A stretch of DNA of 64,000 nucleotides from Candidatus Poribacteria bacterium (GCA_965205025.1 CBDBFU010000015.1:160001-224000), one strand, 5' to 3'; counted from the first letter of the stretch, positions 19,540 to 30,290 are shown. A program made the numbers and translations. Notes: generated by a model from the sequence alone, not told the origin.

Positions 19540-19767
19540 TTATTTAAAAACGGCAACAGTAACAAGTCGTTTTGTCGCAAGAGTTTTTGGAGAACTTTTT
19601 ATACGTTCAATATGATCCAGTGTTTCTGTGGTCATGTATCTCTCACCACAATTTGGACAACAAATTACTGGCACATCTTCAATGACCAGGAGCGATTCAT
19701 TCTTGCCATAGCTTCTTGTGAGAAGACGCTGACGTGCACCATCCTTGCCACACATTTCACAAATCAT
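19540..19767 (-). CDS. YgiT-type zinc finger protein (MqsA N-terminal-like antitoxin)
   Basis: MICEMCG...IEDVPVICCPNCGERY. Confidence 0.85.
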   Translation of the reverse strand: MICEMCGKDGARQRLLTRSYGKNESLLVIEDVPVICCPNCGERYMTTETLDHIERIKSSPKTLATKRLVTVAVFK

Positions 19768-19899
19768 GACTTTACTCTTATGGATGTAGATAATTTCTGA
19801 TGAATTTATACTGCATATACGGTAATACCACTATACTGCTAACGGTTAATGGAGAAGAGATAAAAATGTATTTAACATTATTATCTTCGAATAAAATAC

Positions 19900-21183
19900 C
19901 TACAGAGCAAACGTCATTTCATCATCAAGATCCATCAAAGCAAACCAAGTATTGATATCGGTGCGATCCGTGCCAAGTTTTCGTAGCATTTTAGCCATCA
20001 TCGCTTTATACCGATCATTTTCTGGTCCCATGCCTGTCATCTTTTCATTAAATTCTTGAATCTCCTCTTCGCTCTTTGGATGATTCTCCTTCAACCACGC
20101 TTCAATCTCTTCATCAGTCGTATATTTCTTCAATCCCTCAGTGAAATCAGCAGGTGAAACACCAAGAAAACCGAGTGTTGCGCGATCAATACCGGAATCC
20201 TCAGCATAGAAGTATTCTCCTAATGTGTTACCAATAAATGCTCTACCTTTATCAATCAACCGGGCAAGGTGTACCATACCATTTACATCGGTGTTGTATG
20301 GACTGCGTGGAGCACGTCGTTGCAGGTCGACAATACCAAAACTTTGTTCATCATCTAAATCTTGAAGTGCAACCCATGTATTTATATCTGTTCTTGAAGG
20401 TGCGACTTCTTGCCGTCGGGCTTCAAATCGTTCACGTGTAGTTTCATCCGGTCCCCGATTTACCATTGCTTGATTATAGGCATCTATTTCATCCTGTGTC
20501 TTACTGCAATTTTCCTGTACCCATTCACCAATCTCAATATCGTTAGGATTATTCACTGCGGCTTCCTGAAATGCATCTGCTGAAACACCTAAGAATTCCA
20601 AAATTCGGACATCTTGCCCAGATATATCACCAAATTTGTAGTCACCTACTTGTCCAGCACGTTCCGCCCGTGCCTTATCTGCCATGCGTGCTACACCACA
20701 TATACCCGCAATGTCTCTTGAACGAGCACTACGCGGCGGACGTTTTGTGAGATCCACCTGCCAATAACAACCCCAGTCATCCAATTCGATTGACTGTAAG
20801 ACAGTTGTTATGTCTGTGCGTCCAGGGGCATATTTAGCGAGTCGTTCCTCCAACATTCGCTTATGTTTTCTATCAGCAGGAATTCTCTCCAATTCTTTTC
20901 GGTTGAATTCATCAATTTCTTCGGAAGATTTATTTCCCTGTTCAAGCATCCATTTGCTAAGAGTCACATCATCGTTTTCGTCCGCTGCTTCCGCGAAATC
21001 GTCCGCTGAAATACCTAAAAACTTAAGAATACGCATATCTAATCCTGATTCTTTTCCGTAAACAAAGTCATCAAGAGTTTCTGCGTTATATGCACGAGCT
21101 TTGTCAGTCATACGTGCTGCACCGACAATCCCTGCAACACCTAAATTAGTCGGTCTACGTGGTGGTTGGCGTCTTAAATCCAT
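19900..21183 (-). CDS. Protein with three tandem DUF5069 domains
   Basis: Three repeats of DL...PRS...G...ARMxDKaRA...G.D..L.FLGvS. Start placed at MDLRRQPP (21183) after GAAAGGA; the ORF track starts at 21264. Confidence 0.85.
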   Translation of the reverse strand: MDLRRQPPRRPTNLGVAGIVGAARMTDKARAYNAETLDDFVYGKESGLDMRILKFLGISADDFAEAADENDDVTLSKWMLEQGNKSSEEIDEFNRKELERIPADRKHKRMLEERLAKYAPGRTDITTVLQSIELDDWGCYWQVDLTKRPPRSARSRDIAGICGVARMADKARAERAGQVGDYKFGDISGQDVRILEFLGVSADAFQEAAVNNPNDIEIGEWVQENCSKTQDEIDAYNQAMVNRGPDETTRERFEARRQEVAPSRTDINTWVALQDLDDEQSFGIVDLQRRAPRSPYNTDVNGMVHLARLIDKGRAFIGNTLGEYFYAEDSGIDRATLGFLGVSPADFTEGLKKYTTDEEIEAWLKENHPKSEEEIQEFNEKMTGMGPENDRYKAMMAKMLRKLGTDRTDINTWFALMDLDDEMTFAL

Positions 21184-21350
21184 AATTCGTATCCTTTCAA
21201 TTTGTTTGATAATATGGTATCCTGTTGCTAAATGGTATTGTACCATATTCAATAAGGGTGTCAATAGAAAACTCTACCTTGAGAATATCAGGGTACAATG
21301 AAAATTGTAAGCATTCAAAGATTGTTTTCAGAATAATCGAGGGGTGATCT

Positions 21351-21779
21351 ATGTCAATTGAAGAGGGAATATCCAATATGACAGCAGAACCATTATTATT
21401 AGCAATGATAGAAGAATACTCGCGCCTTCCTGGTAAAAAACATGATCGCTATTGGTGGTTACGAAATAAACGTGAAGAGGAAAATCTCACTGACGACGAA
21501 ACTAAAGAATACGAAGCATTAATTAAAGAATGGGAAGTAAGAAATATTGAACGAATCCGCGCACTCATTGCTTTAGCCGAAAAACGCGGAACAACTTTAC
21601 AAGGCATCATGGCACAATTAGGGTTAAAAGGAACTGAAGATGATTTCAGACCGGTTACGGTCAAGTATCCGTTAAGCGAATCTGTAGCAAATCAAGGAAA
21701 CAAAGCGCATTCACGACAACTCATTAGGTTAGCCAAAAGAGACTTTAAAAGGGCAAAAGAACTGGAATCCGAGAAATGA
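21351..21779 (+). CDS. Hypothetical chimeric protein: helical antitoxin-like N-part fused to a remnant TPR-protease C-terminus
   Basis: N-part ...KREEENLTDDETKEYEAL..RIRALIALAEKRGTTL..MAQLGL. The C-terminal AKELESEK is identical at nucleotide level to the end of 21837..24386. Confidence 0.6.
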   Translation: MSIEEGISNMTAEPLLLAMIEEYSRLPGKKHDRYWWLRNKREEENLTDDETKEYEALIKEWEVRNIERIRALIALAEKRGTTLQGIMAQLGLKGTEDDFRPVTVKYPLSESVANQGNKAHSRQLIRLAKRDFKRAKELESEK

Positions 21780-24700
21780 TACCACACCTGACTGTCTATG
21801 ATCAGGTATTAATTTACAAAATGGAATTTACATCTTATGAAATCTCGTATTGAATCTTTCTTGATATTACTGGTAACCTTTGGGTTTACCCTCTCATGCG
21901 CACAAGCACCCCAGCAAATTGCTGAAAAAACCTTAGTACCAACAGAAAACTTAGCAAAAGAAAAAGCAGAAGGATCTACAGTCCTCTTGTTGAGCAGAAA
22001 TGGTAAAACAGAACCGCTTGGTATGGGGTTCTTTGTAGATAAGGACAAGATTGCAACAGGTATTCATGTTGTCGCACAACCCGGTCCTGTTTTTGCTAAA
22101 CTTAGCGATAAAGAGAAAATTTTATCAATTGATGGTGTTGCTGCGTTTGATGTAAAAAACAATCTCGTCATTTTACAACTTTCTGGTGAATGTAAACCTT
22201 TGTCTATAGGTGACAGTGATGCCGTTCAAATAGGTGAAACTGTATCTATTGCGGGATACCTTGATGGCAAATACAAAACCACCACTGGAACTATAGATAC
22301 CATCCAGAAAAGCGATAAGTGGTTCGGGATGAAAGGCACTATTTCTAAGGAGAGTAGTGGCGGTCCTGTGCTGAACAGTAAAGGACAAGTTATTGGAATT
22401 ACTGTCGGGTATGGTGATGACTCTGAAAACTACGCTATACCTTCGAACGCGCTCAAGGCATTGCTTGCCCAATCAGGACCATTGGAACCTTTAGTAGAAT
22501 GGCGAAAACGGGAAACTGTCCATGCTGAGATGCACTACAGTCGAGGAGAACAAAAATCCGCTGCCAAAAAATATAAAAACGCTATAGTTGACTTTGATAA
22601 AGCTATTTCACTAAACCCTGAGCATGTTCGTGCTTATTACAAACGCGCAAGAACGAAGTTTTACATAAATGACTATGCGGGAGCGATAGATGACTGCACA
22701 CACGCTATAAAACTCAACCCTGAACATGCCAGAGCTTATAGTGGTCGGGGAGTAGCAAAATCAATACTCGGCGAATCTAAATCTGATGATGGTAACGCAG
22801 AAAAAGTACAATACCTCTATCAGGAAGCAATTGAGGACTTTACGCAAGCCATAAAGATTGATCCTGAAGATTCTCGTTATTATATCAATCGAGGCATTTC
22901 AAAGTGTGAATTGGGGGATATCGAATCGCGGCGCGGCGATGCTGAGAATGCAAAACTGTTGAACTACGAAGGCATTGTTGACGCTGGGAAATCTATCCAA
23001 CTGAAATATATGCAGGACACCAATGCTTCTATAGCACGTATAGAATCCAAAAGGGGCATAGCGTCTATAGTCAGCGTGATGTGCTGGACAGGTAGGCTTT
23101 TTAATGGGAGCGGCTTTTTCGTGGACACGGATAAGATAGCGACGAATATACACGTTGTTTCCCGCCCCGGGCCTGTTTTCGTTAAACTCCTTAACAACGA
23201 CAATATCTGGGAAGTTGAAGAAGTTACTGCGTTTGATATAAAAAACGATCTTGTTGTCCTAAAGATTTCCGGTGCAGGCAAGCCACTGCCTTTGGGAGAC
23301 AGCGATAAAGTACAAAGCAGAGAACCTGTTGTTGCCGTGGGATATCCTGGAGGAAGATATAAGGTCACTACCGGAAATGTACAAGGCATTGGAAATAACG
23401 ATAATTTGATCAGAACAACAGTTGAAACTTCTGAAGGGAACAGTGGTGGGCCCCTCCTAAACAACAAAGGGGAAGTCATCGGGATTAACACCACATTAGA
23501 AAAATACAGTATTGCTGTTCCATCAAACATCCTTAAAGCATTACTTACCCATTCTGTGTCACCAGAACCTTTGGCACAGTGGCAGAGGCGCGATCAAATT
23601 CGCACCTACGCCTATTTCGGTGAGGGAGAAGACAGATTTAATGCTGAGGAGTATGTGAAGGCGATAATCAACTTTGATAACGCTATTTTACATAACCCTA
23701 AATATATTCGTGCTTATAACTGGCGCGGACGAGCAAACTTTCATCTTGGTCAATCTAAAGCAGAACAAGGAGATGTAGCTGAAGCACAACAACTCTATAA
23801 AGCAGCCGTTGAAGACTATACCCAAGCCATCAAGATTAACCCTGAATTTGCAATCGCACTTAACAATCGCGGAGCAGCAAAGTTTGAACTTGGTCAATCA
23901 AAAGCAAATCAAGGAAATATAACTGAAGCACAACATCTTCATGAAGCTGCAATTAATGATTTTTCGCTCTCAATTAAGATTGAGCCGAAGTATACCTTTC
24001 CTTATTTCCATAGAGGAGTAGCGAGATTTATCCTTGGTCAATCAAAAGCAAATCAAGGAAATATAACTGAAGCACAACAACTATTCCAAGCAGTGATTGA
24101 AGACTGCACACAAGCCGTCAAAATTGACCCTGAGCATGCCAATGCATACAGCAATCGCGGAGCAGCAAAGTTTGAACTTGGTCAATCAAAAGCAAATCAA
24201 GGAAATATAACTGAAGCACAACAACTTTTCCAAGCAGCGATTGAAGACTGGACGCGCGCTATCAAGATCGCCCCTGAGTATACCGAGGCATACTACAATC
24301 GCGGGGCGGTGAGAGAAGCACTTGGACAGCATAAGGAAGCTGAAAAGGATTTTGCGAAGGCAAAAGAACTGGAATCCGAGAAATGATACCACACCTGACT
24401 GTCTATGATCAGGTATTAATTTACAAAATGGAATTTACATCTTATGAAATCTCGTATTGAATCTTTCTTGATATTACTGGTAACCTTTGGGTTTACCCTC
24501 TCATGTGCACAAGCACCCCAGCAAGTTGCTGAAAAAACCTTAGTACCAACAGAAAACTTAGTAACAGAAAAAGCAGAAGGATCTACAGTCCTCTTGTTGA
24601 GCAGAAATGGTAAAACAGAACCGCTTGGTATGGGGTTCTTTGTAGATAAGGACAAGATTGCAACAAGTATACATGTTGTCGCACAACCCGGTCCTGTTTT

Positions 24701-24780
24701 TGCTAAACTTAGCGATAAAGAGAAAATTTTATCAATTGAAGGTGTTGCCGCGTATGATGTTAAAAACAATCTCGTCATTC
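21752..24780 (+). repeat. Tandem segmental duplication (unit offset 2607 bp)
   Basis: Sequence from 21752 (GGCAAAAGAACTGGAATCCGAGAAATGATACCACACC...) recurs near-identically from 24359 for about 400 bp, covering the previous gene's end, the intergenic region and the next gene's 5' end. Confidence 0.9.
21837..24386 (+). CDS. Lipoprotein: trypsin-like serine protease-TPR-trypsin-TPR
   Basis: TLSC lipobox; two Trypsin_2 domains (ATGIHVV/ESSGGP and ATNIHVV/NDL/GNSGGP); TPR repeats AYxNRG..K. Confidence 0.9.
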   Translation: MKSRIESFLILLVTFGFTLSCAQAPQQIAEKTLVPTENLAKEKAEGSTVLLLSRNGKTEPLGMGFFVDKDKIATGIHVVAQPGPVFAKLSDKEKILSIDGVAAFDVKNNLVILQLSGECKPLSIGDSDAVQIGETVSIAGYLDGKYKTTTGTIDTIQKSDKWFGMKGTISKESSGGPVLNSKGQVIGITVGYGDDSENYAIPSNALKALLAQSGPLEPLVEWRKRETVHAEMHYSRGEQKSAAKKYKNAIVDFDKAISLNPEHVRAYYKRARTKFYINDYAGAIDDCTHAIKLNPEHARAYSGRGVAKSILGESKSDDGNAEKVQYLYQEAIEDFTQAIKIDPEDSRYYINRGISKCELGDIESRRGDAENAKLLNYEGIVDAGKSIQLKYMQDTNASIARIESKRGIASIVSVMCWTGRLFNGSGFFVDTDKIATNIHVVSRPGPVFVKLLNNDNIWEVEEVTAFDIKNDLVVLKISGAGKPLPLGDSDKVQSREPVVAVGYPGGRYKVTTGNVQGIGNNDNLIRTTVETSEGNSGGPLLNNKGEVIGINTTLEKYSIAVPSNILKALLTHSVSPEPLAQWQRRDQIRTYAYFGEGEDRFNAEEYVKAIINFDNAILHNPKYIRAYNWRGRANFHLGQSKAEQGDVAEAQQLYKAAVEDYTQAIKINPEFAIALNNRGAAKFELGQSKANQGNITEAQHLHEAAINDFSLSIKIEPKYTFPYFHRGVARFILGQSKANQGNITEAQQLFQAVIEDCTQAVKIDPEHANAYSNRGAAKFELGQSKANQGNITEAQQLFQAAIEDWTRAIKIAPEYTEAYYNRGAVREALGQHKEAEKDFAKAKELESEK

Positions 24781-27638
24781 TAAAACTTGCCGGTGAAAGC
24801 ACGCCGCTGCCAATAGGTGACAGTAATGCGGCTCAAAAAGGTGATTCTGTATCTGTATTCGGATATACCGATGGGAAATACAGAGTTACAACAGGCACTA
24901 TAGAAAACATCCTAAAGAGCAATAAATGGTTCTGGATGAAAGTCGCTACTTCTAAAGAGATCAGTGGCAGTCCCGTGCTAAATGATAAAGGACAAGTTAT
25001 TGGGGCTACTGTGGGATATGGGGACGGTTCTCATAACTACGTAATTCCTTCAAACGCACTCAAGGCATTACTTACAAAATCCGAGCCACTGGAGCCTTTG
25101 ACAGCGTGGCAGAAACGAGAACATATCCGTGCTGAGGTGCACCACAATCAAGCTGAACAAAAATACGCTGCTAAAAAGTATAAGAAGGCGATAGTTGACT
25201 TTGACAGAGCCATTGAACTAAACCCTGAACATGTTCGGGCTTACTACAAACGTGGTAATACGAAGTTTCAACTTGAAAATTATACTGATGCGATAGAGGA
25301 CTATACACACGCAATAAAACTAAATCCTGAACATGCCAGAGCATTTAATAACCGTGGTAATGCGAAGTTTGAACTTGAAAACTATTATGATGCCATAGAG
25401 GATTATACACACGCAATAAAACTAAATCCTGAACATGCCAGAGCATTTAATAACCGTGGTAATACGAAGTTTAAGCTTGAAAACTATGCTGATGCCATAG
25501 ATGACCATACACACGCAATAAAACTAAATCCTGAATATGCCAGTGCCTACAGCAATCGTGGTATAGTGAAGTGTAAATTGGGGGATATCAATTCGGAGCG
25601 AGGTGATGCAGAGAATGCAAAACGGTTGTACCACGAAGGTATTGTTGACGTCGGTAAATCTATCCAACTGAAATATATGGCGGATGCTGACGCTCCGGCT
25701 ACATCTATAGAATCCAAAAAAGGTATTATGTCTACAGTCAGCGTGATAAACTGGAGCGGCAGTCTTTACACTGGAAGCGGTTTCTTCATAGGCACGGATA
25801 AGATTGCTACGAATATACACAATATTAACAACCAAGGACCTGTTTACGCTAAACTCCTCAACAACGAGACAATTTGGAAAGTAGAAGAAGTTACTGCGTT
25901 TGACGTGAAAAACGATCTCGTTACCCTAAAGCTTTCCGGTGAAGGCACACCACTACCTTTAGGAGACAGTAATGCGGTCCAAATTGGAGACTCTGTAGTT
26001 ACCGTGGGATATCCCAGCAAGAAATACAAAGTCACAAAAGGGAAAGTACACAACATCCGGAATAGGGACAAATGGATAGTGACTACAGCCAATGTTTTTC
26101 GGGGAAATAGTGGTGGACCTTTGCTAAACAGTAAAGGAGAAGTTATTGGGATTAACACACAAGGAACTGAATCAGGGAATCACTGTATTTCTGTTCCATC
26201 AAATATACTCAAGGCATTGCTCAATCAATCAATGTCCCCGGAACCTTTGGCACAGTGGCAGAAGCGCGATCAAATCCGTGCCTATGCTTACTACAATATA
26301 GGACAATCGAATTGTATTGCTGGGAACTACAACAAGGCACTAATTAACTTTGAAAAAGCTATCTTACATTATCCTATACATTTTGATATATACGATTGGC
26401 GCGGACGGACCAAGCACAATCTTGGTAAATCCAAAAAGAGTCAAGGGGATGGAGTTGAAGCACAAAAACTCTATAAAGCAGCTATTGAAGACTATACGCA
26501 AACTATCAAGATCGACCCTAAGGATGCGAATACTTTTTACAATCGTGGAAATGTAAGGGATGACCTTGCACAGTCTAAAGCAGAACAGAATAATATAGAT
26601 GAGGCACAAGATTTATATGAAGCAGCTATAAATGATTTTACACAAGCAATCAAGATCAACCCTAAGTACACCGATGCCTACAACAATCGGGGAGGGACAA
26701 AATCTAACTTTGGTAAATCTAAAGCAGAACAAGGGGATATCACAGTAGCACAACGACTCCATCAAGACGCAATAGACGACTATACAAACGCTATAAATCT
26801 AAATCCTAAGGACGCAGATACTTACTACAATCGCGGGATGGCAAAGCGTGATCTTGGTGAATCAAAAGAAAAACAAGGCGATGCAATAGAAGTAGAAAAA
26901 CTTTATAAAGAAGCAATGAACGATTATACAGATGCAATCAATCTAAATCCTGAGGATGCCGATATTTTTTTTAGTCGTGGGCTGATAAAATATCTCCTCG
27001 GTCAATCTAAAGAAGAACAAGGCGATATACCAGAGGCACAGCAATTCTATAAAGCATCTATTGAAGACTATACACATGCTATAAAACTAAACCCAAAAGA
27101 TTTAGATACATACAATAATCGCGGGGTGTCAAAACACGAGCTTGGTAAGTCTAAAGAAGAACAGGGCGATATACCAGAGGCACAGCAATTCTATAAAGCA
27201 GCTATTGAAGATTATACACACGCAATAAAACTAAACCCAAAAGATACAGATACATACAACAATCGTGGGAACACGAACCATGACCTTGGGGAGTCTAAAG
27301 AAGAACAAGGCGATATACCAGAGGCACAAAAACTCTATATAGCAGCTATTGAAGATTATACAGAAGCAATCAAACTAAATCCTAAGGACGCGAAAACTTT
27401 CCACATCCGTGGGGTGGTGAAGCATAGCCTCGGAGAATCTAAAGAAGAACAAGGCGATATACCAGAGGCGCAAAAACTCTATCAAGAGGCAATAGATGAT
27501 TATACACACGCTATAAAACTGAACCCAAAAGATTCAGATACATACAACAATCGTGGGATAGTAAAGAAAGCACTTGGACTGCATAAGGAAGCAGAAAAGG
27601 ATTTTGCAAAGGCAAAAGAACTGGAATCCAAAAAATAA
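24444..27638 (+). CDS. Lipoprotein: trypsin-like serine protease-TPR-trypsin-TPR (paralog with more TPR units)
   Basis: Same architecture as 21837..24386 (EISGSP, GNSGGP), with expanded 34-aa and about 49-aa TPR-like repeats. Confidence 0.9.
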   Translation: MKSRIESFLILLVTFGFTLSCAQAPQQVAEKTLVPTENLVTEKAEGSTVLLLSRNGKTEPLGMGFFVDKDKIATSIHVVAQPGPVFAKLSDKEKILSIEGVAAYDVKNNLVILKLAGESTPLPIGDSNAAQKGDSVSVFGYTDGKYRVTTGTIENILKSNKWFWMKVATSKEISGSPVLNDKGQVIGATVGYGDGSHNYVIPSNALKALLTKSEPLEPLTAWQKREHIRAEVHHNQAEQKYAAKKYKKAIVDFDRAIELNPEHVRAYYKRGNTKFQLENYTDAIEDYTHAIKLNPEHARAFNNRGNAKFELENYYDAIEDYTHAIKLNPEHARAFNNRGNTKFKLENYADAIDDHTHAIKLNPEYASAYSNRGIVKCKLGDINSERGDAENAKRLYHEGIVDVGKSIQLKYMADADAPATSIESKKGIMSTVSVINWSGSLYTGSGFFIGTDKIATNIHNINNQGPVYAKLLNNETIWKVEEVTAFDVKNDLVTLKLSGEGTPLPLGDSNAVQIGDSVVTVGYPSKKYKVTKGKVHNIRNRDKWIVTTANVFRGNSGGPLLNSKGEVIGINTQGTESGNHCISVPSNILKALLNQSMSPEPLAQWQKRDQIRAYAYYNIGQSNCIAGNYNKALINFEKAILHYPIHFDIYDWRGRTKHNLGKSKKSQGDGVEAQKLYKAAIEDYTQTIKIDPKDANTFYNRGNVRDDLAQSKAEQNNIDEAQDLYEAAINDFTQAIKINPKYTDAYNNRGGTKSNFGKSKAEQGDITVAQRLHQDAIDDYTNAINLNPKDADTYYNRGMAKRDLGESKEKQGDAIEVEKLYKEAMNDYTDAINLNPEDADIFFSRGLIKYLLGQSKEEQGDIPEAQQFYKASIEDYTHAIKLNPKDLDTYNNRGVSKHELGKSKEEQGDIPEAQQFYKAAIEDYTHAIKLNPKDTDTYNNRGNTNHDLGESKEEQGDIPEAQKLYIAAIEDYTEAIKLNPKDAKTFHIRGVVKHSLGESKEEQGDIPEAQKLYQEAIDDYTHAIKLNPKDSDTYNNRGIVKKALGLHKEAEKDFAKAKELESKK

Positions 27639-29198
27639 TTATGAAAAACAAACCTATTCTTATTATCTCCATACTCGGTGTACTTCTTTCTATTATCCTA
27701 AGTGGCATCTATCTCAACTTTTCCTATTTTGAACCCGATACCGTATCATATCTATTTCAGGCGAAGTTGTTTGCAAAGGGTAAAATATCTGTACCGGTAC
27801 CACCACAAACAATAGATGGTGAGGTGACTCTGGAACCAAACGGTACACCGATGCCAGAATATGGACTCTCATCTTCACCCCATATTAACATGCTAAACGG
27901 TAAATGGTATTCCAAATATCCGTTTGGCAATGCCTTAATGCTGATGTTTGGCGTTTTTATAAATGCCCCCTGGTTGATTCCAGCACTCGCAACGGGTGGT
28001 GCACTGTTCCTACTATTCCTACTTCTCAGAGAAACTTATGGAAAACCGATTGCATTAATCGCTGCAGTGATTGCGCTCATTTCACCGGCAACTGCTGGGA
28101 TGGGTTCAACATGGTTTAGCGAACCCGTCAGTCGATTCTACTTAACACTGTTCCTATTCACACTTGTACGTACTTTGAAAGGATCTGGCAAGGTTGTTTA
28201 TCCACTCATATCAGGATTTGCATTGGGGTACGCTTTCAATACACGTCCACTCTCTGCCATTGTGTTCGGTATTGTCGGAGGAGGATTTGTTCTCTATCAT
28301 CTATATAAACCAAAAGTAATAGGCAAGTTATCATCTGAAGTTGATACGGAAGATCAGAAAGATTTACCAGAACGAGGACAGTTAATTGCTCGATTGGGGA
28401 TATTCTTTATACCATTTGTCTTTATGGTTTTCGTGTGTATGGCTTGGAATTCTCACTTTACAGACAATCCATTCACGTTCACCCACACAGCAGCACAACC
28501 GTATGACAAAATTGGGTTTGGGAAACGTACAGAAGGATACTATCCAAACATAGAAAATACAGGGGAATTCAAACCAGAGTGGGCTGTTGAGAGAACATGG
28601 CGACACATTCTTCCGTGTATCAGTTTCAATGCACTCGGATGGGGAAATTATCACGACAATTTGTTAAAGGATGTCAAATTGTCATTGAAGTGGATTATAG
28701 CCTTTGTACCGTTAATTCTGCCGTGGTTACTGTTGCTTATCCCCTTCTTCCACCACTCGCGTAACAGATACGATGTGTTCTGCCTTGCATTACTCGTTGG
28801 TAATCTGCTGCTTTATGCATTTTTCTATTTTGAAGGTTCAACGTGGGGATTCACACCCGTAAACGCACGCTATTACACTGAGTCGACGTTTCTCGCATTC
28901 ATTCCGTTGGTTGCACGTGGGATGTTTATCCTATCAGAGCGGTTCAGATTACCTCAAAGGCGCGGACTTGCGTTTGCCGTTGGAGTTTGCATACTGTTAC
29001 TAAGTATCAACACCGTATGGACTTATGTTCGAATTGGCGAAAAATACCAGAATTGGGGTCATGTCTATCAGAAGTTACCACCGATGGTCGCGGAGCAAGA
29101 CATTCACAACGCCGTTATTTTTGTATCTCGACACCGAGGTGCACCGATAGGTGATTATCCGTTAAAGAGCCTCCAAGAAGCAGATATTGTCTATTTTA

Positions 29199-30102
29199 TA
29201 GTTAAAAGCAAAAACACCTTTACATTTTTTCTGATTTTGTGATAATAGTTATATTATGAGATATTCACCAGACTTACGAAAACGCGTTCTTGATTTCATA
29301 GCAGCAGGTGGTAGTAAAGCAGAAGCTTCCCGTAGATTTCAAGTTTCACGCAGATCTATCTACAACTGGTTAGACGCAGTAGATCCTTTTACTTATGAAA
29401 AACCGGGGCCTCGTAAACCTTATCGGCTTGACCCAGAAGCACTCGCTGAACATGTCAAAGAATTCCCAGACAGCACGCAGAAGGAACGTGCTGCACATTT
29501 TGGCGTGTCACAGCGGTGTATCTGTTATGGTCTGAAGCGGATCGGATGCACGCGAAAAAAAGACATTTACCTATAAAGAACAATGCCCAGTCAAACAGGA
29601 GGCCTATCTCACCCAACTTCAGACAGCACTTGTGAACGGAAAAACACCTGTTTTTGTTGATGAAAGCGGTTTTAGCACAGAAAGTGTTCGTCAGTTCGCT
29701 TATGCGCCAAGAGGGGTTTGCGTATCGGATAAAATCTCAAGCAATCGGTATAGATGCACTACGCTGATTGCTGCACAAATACAAGGGCGTTTCACGGCTC
29801 CTGTACTTTTTGAAGGTGCTTGTGATGCGCTTGCCTTCAATGCGTGGCTTGAGAGCGTGCTGTGTCCACTACTTGACGCATCACACGTTGTCATATTGGA
29901 TAATGCGTCTTTCCATAAAAGCCAGCAAACAGAGGCATTGATTGCTGCCTGTGGTGCGAGTTTACTTTTTTTACCTCCGTATTCGCCTGAACTCAATCCT
30001 ATTGAAAGAGATTTCGCGAACATAAAACGTAAATGGGAATACAATGCTGAAGCGTCAATCGATGAAATCGTAAAAATGTACAAATAATTATGATTTCCAC
30101 TA
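29199..30102 (+). mobile_element. IS630-family insertion sequence (904 bp) with TA target duplication
   Basis: Imperfect IRs TAGTTAAAAGCAAAA / TTATGATTTCCACTA; TA at 29197-29198 and 30103-30104; transposase inside. Confidence 0.92.
29256..30087 (+). CDS. IS630 transposase (orfA HTH 29256..29576 + orfB DDE to 30087, joined by a -1 frameshift)
   Basis: YSPDLRKRVL HTH; AAAAAAAG slippery site at 29555-29562 leading to KKTFTYKE; FVDESG, ILDNASFH, LPPYSPELNPIE. Confidence 0.92.
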
Positions 30103-30222
30103 TAAACTGGGTCCTGCTCCACGGTGGGGATTAACGAATAGCGATTGGAGGAAGGTTTACGCACAATATTTCGATGGAAGAAAGGCATACATGTATGAAC
30201 AAGGTCATAACGAATTAAAGCC

Positions 30223-30290
30223 TTTATCTCTTGATCAGTAAAGTAGAATTAGTGTTTTTATCTCTTGATCAGTAAAGTAGAATTAGTGTT
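30223..30290 (+). repeat. 34-bp exact tandem duplication spanning the GT stop codon
   Basis: TTTATCTCTTGATCAGTAAAGTAGAATTAGTGTT at 30223-30256 and 30257-30290. Confidence 0.85.

Larger units (their letters stand above)
27641..30241 (+). pseudogene. Membrane glycosyltransferase (GT39/ArnT-PMT-like) interrupted by IS630
   Basis: Multi-TM ORF (EPDTVSYLFQAKLFA, WYSKYPFG, NTRP) to 29242. Excising the IS plus one TA restores ...ADIVYF-KLGPAPRWGLTNSDWRKVYAQYFDGRKAYMYEQGHNELKPLSLDQ* ending at 30241 (564 aa). Confidence 0.85.

Noticed and set aside
30223-30290. 34-bp duplication as an IS target duplication or CRISPR
   Set aside because: The copies are adjacent with no spacer and lie 120 bp from the IS end; slippage or an assembly artefact is more likely.
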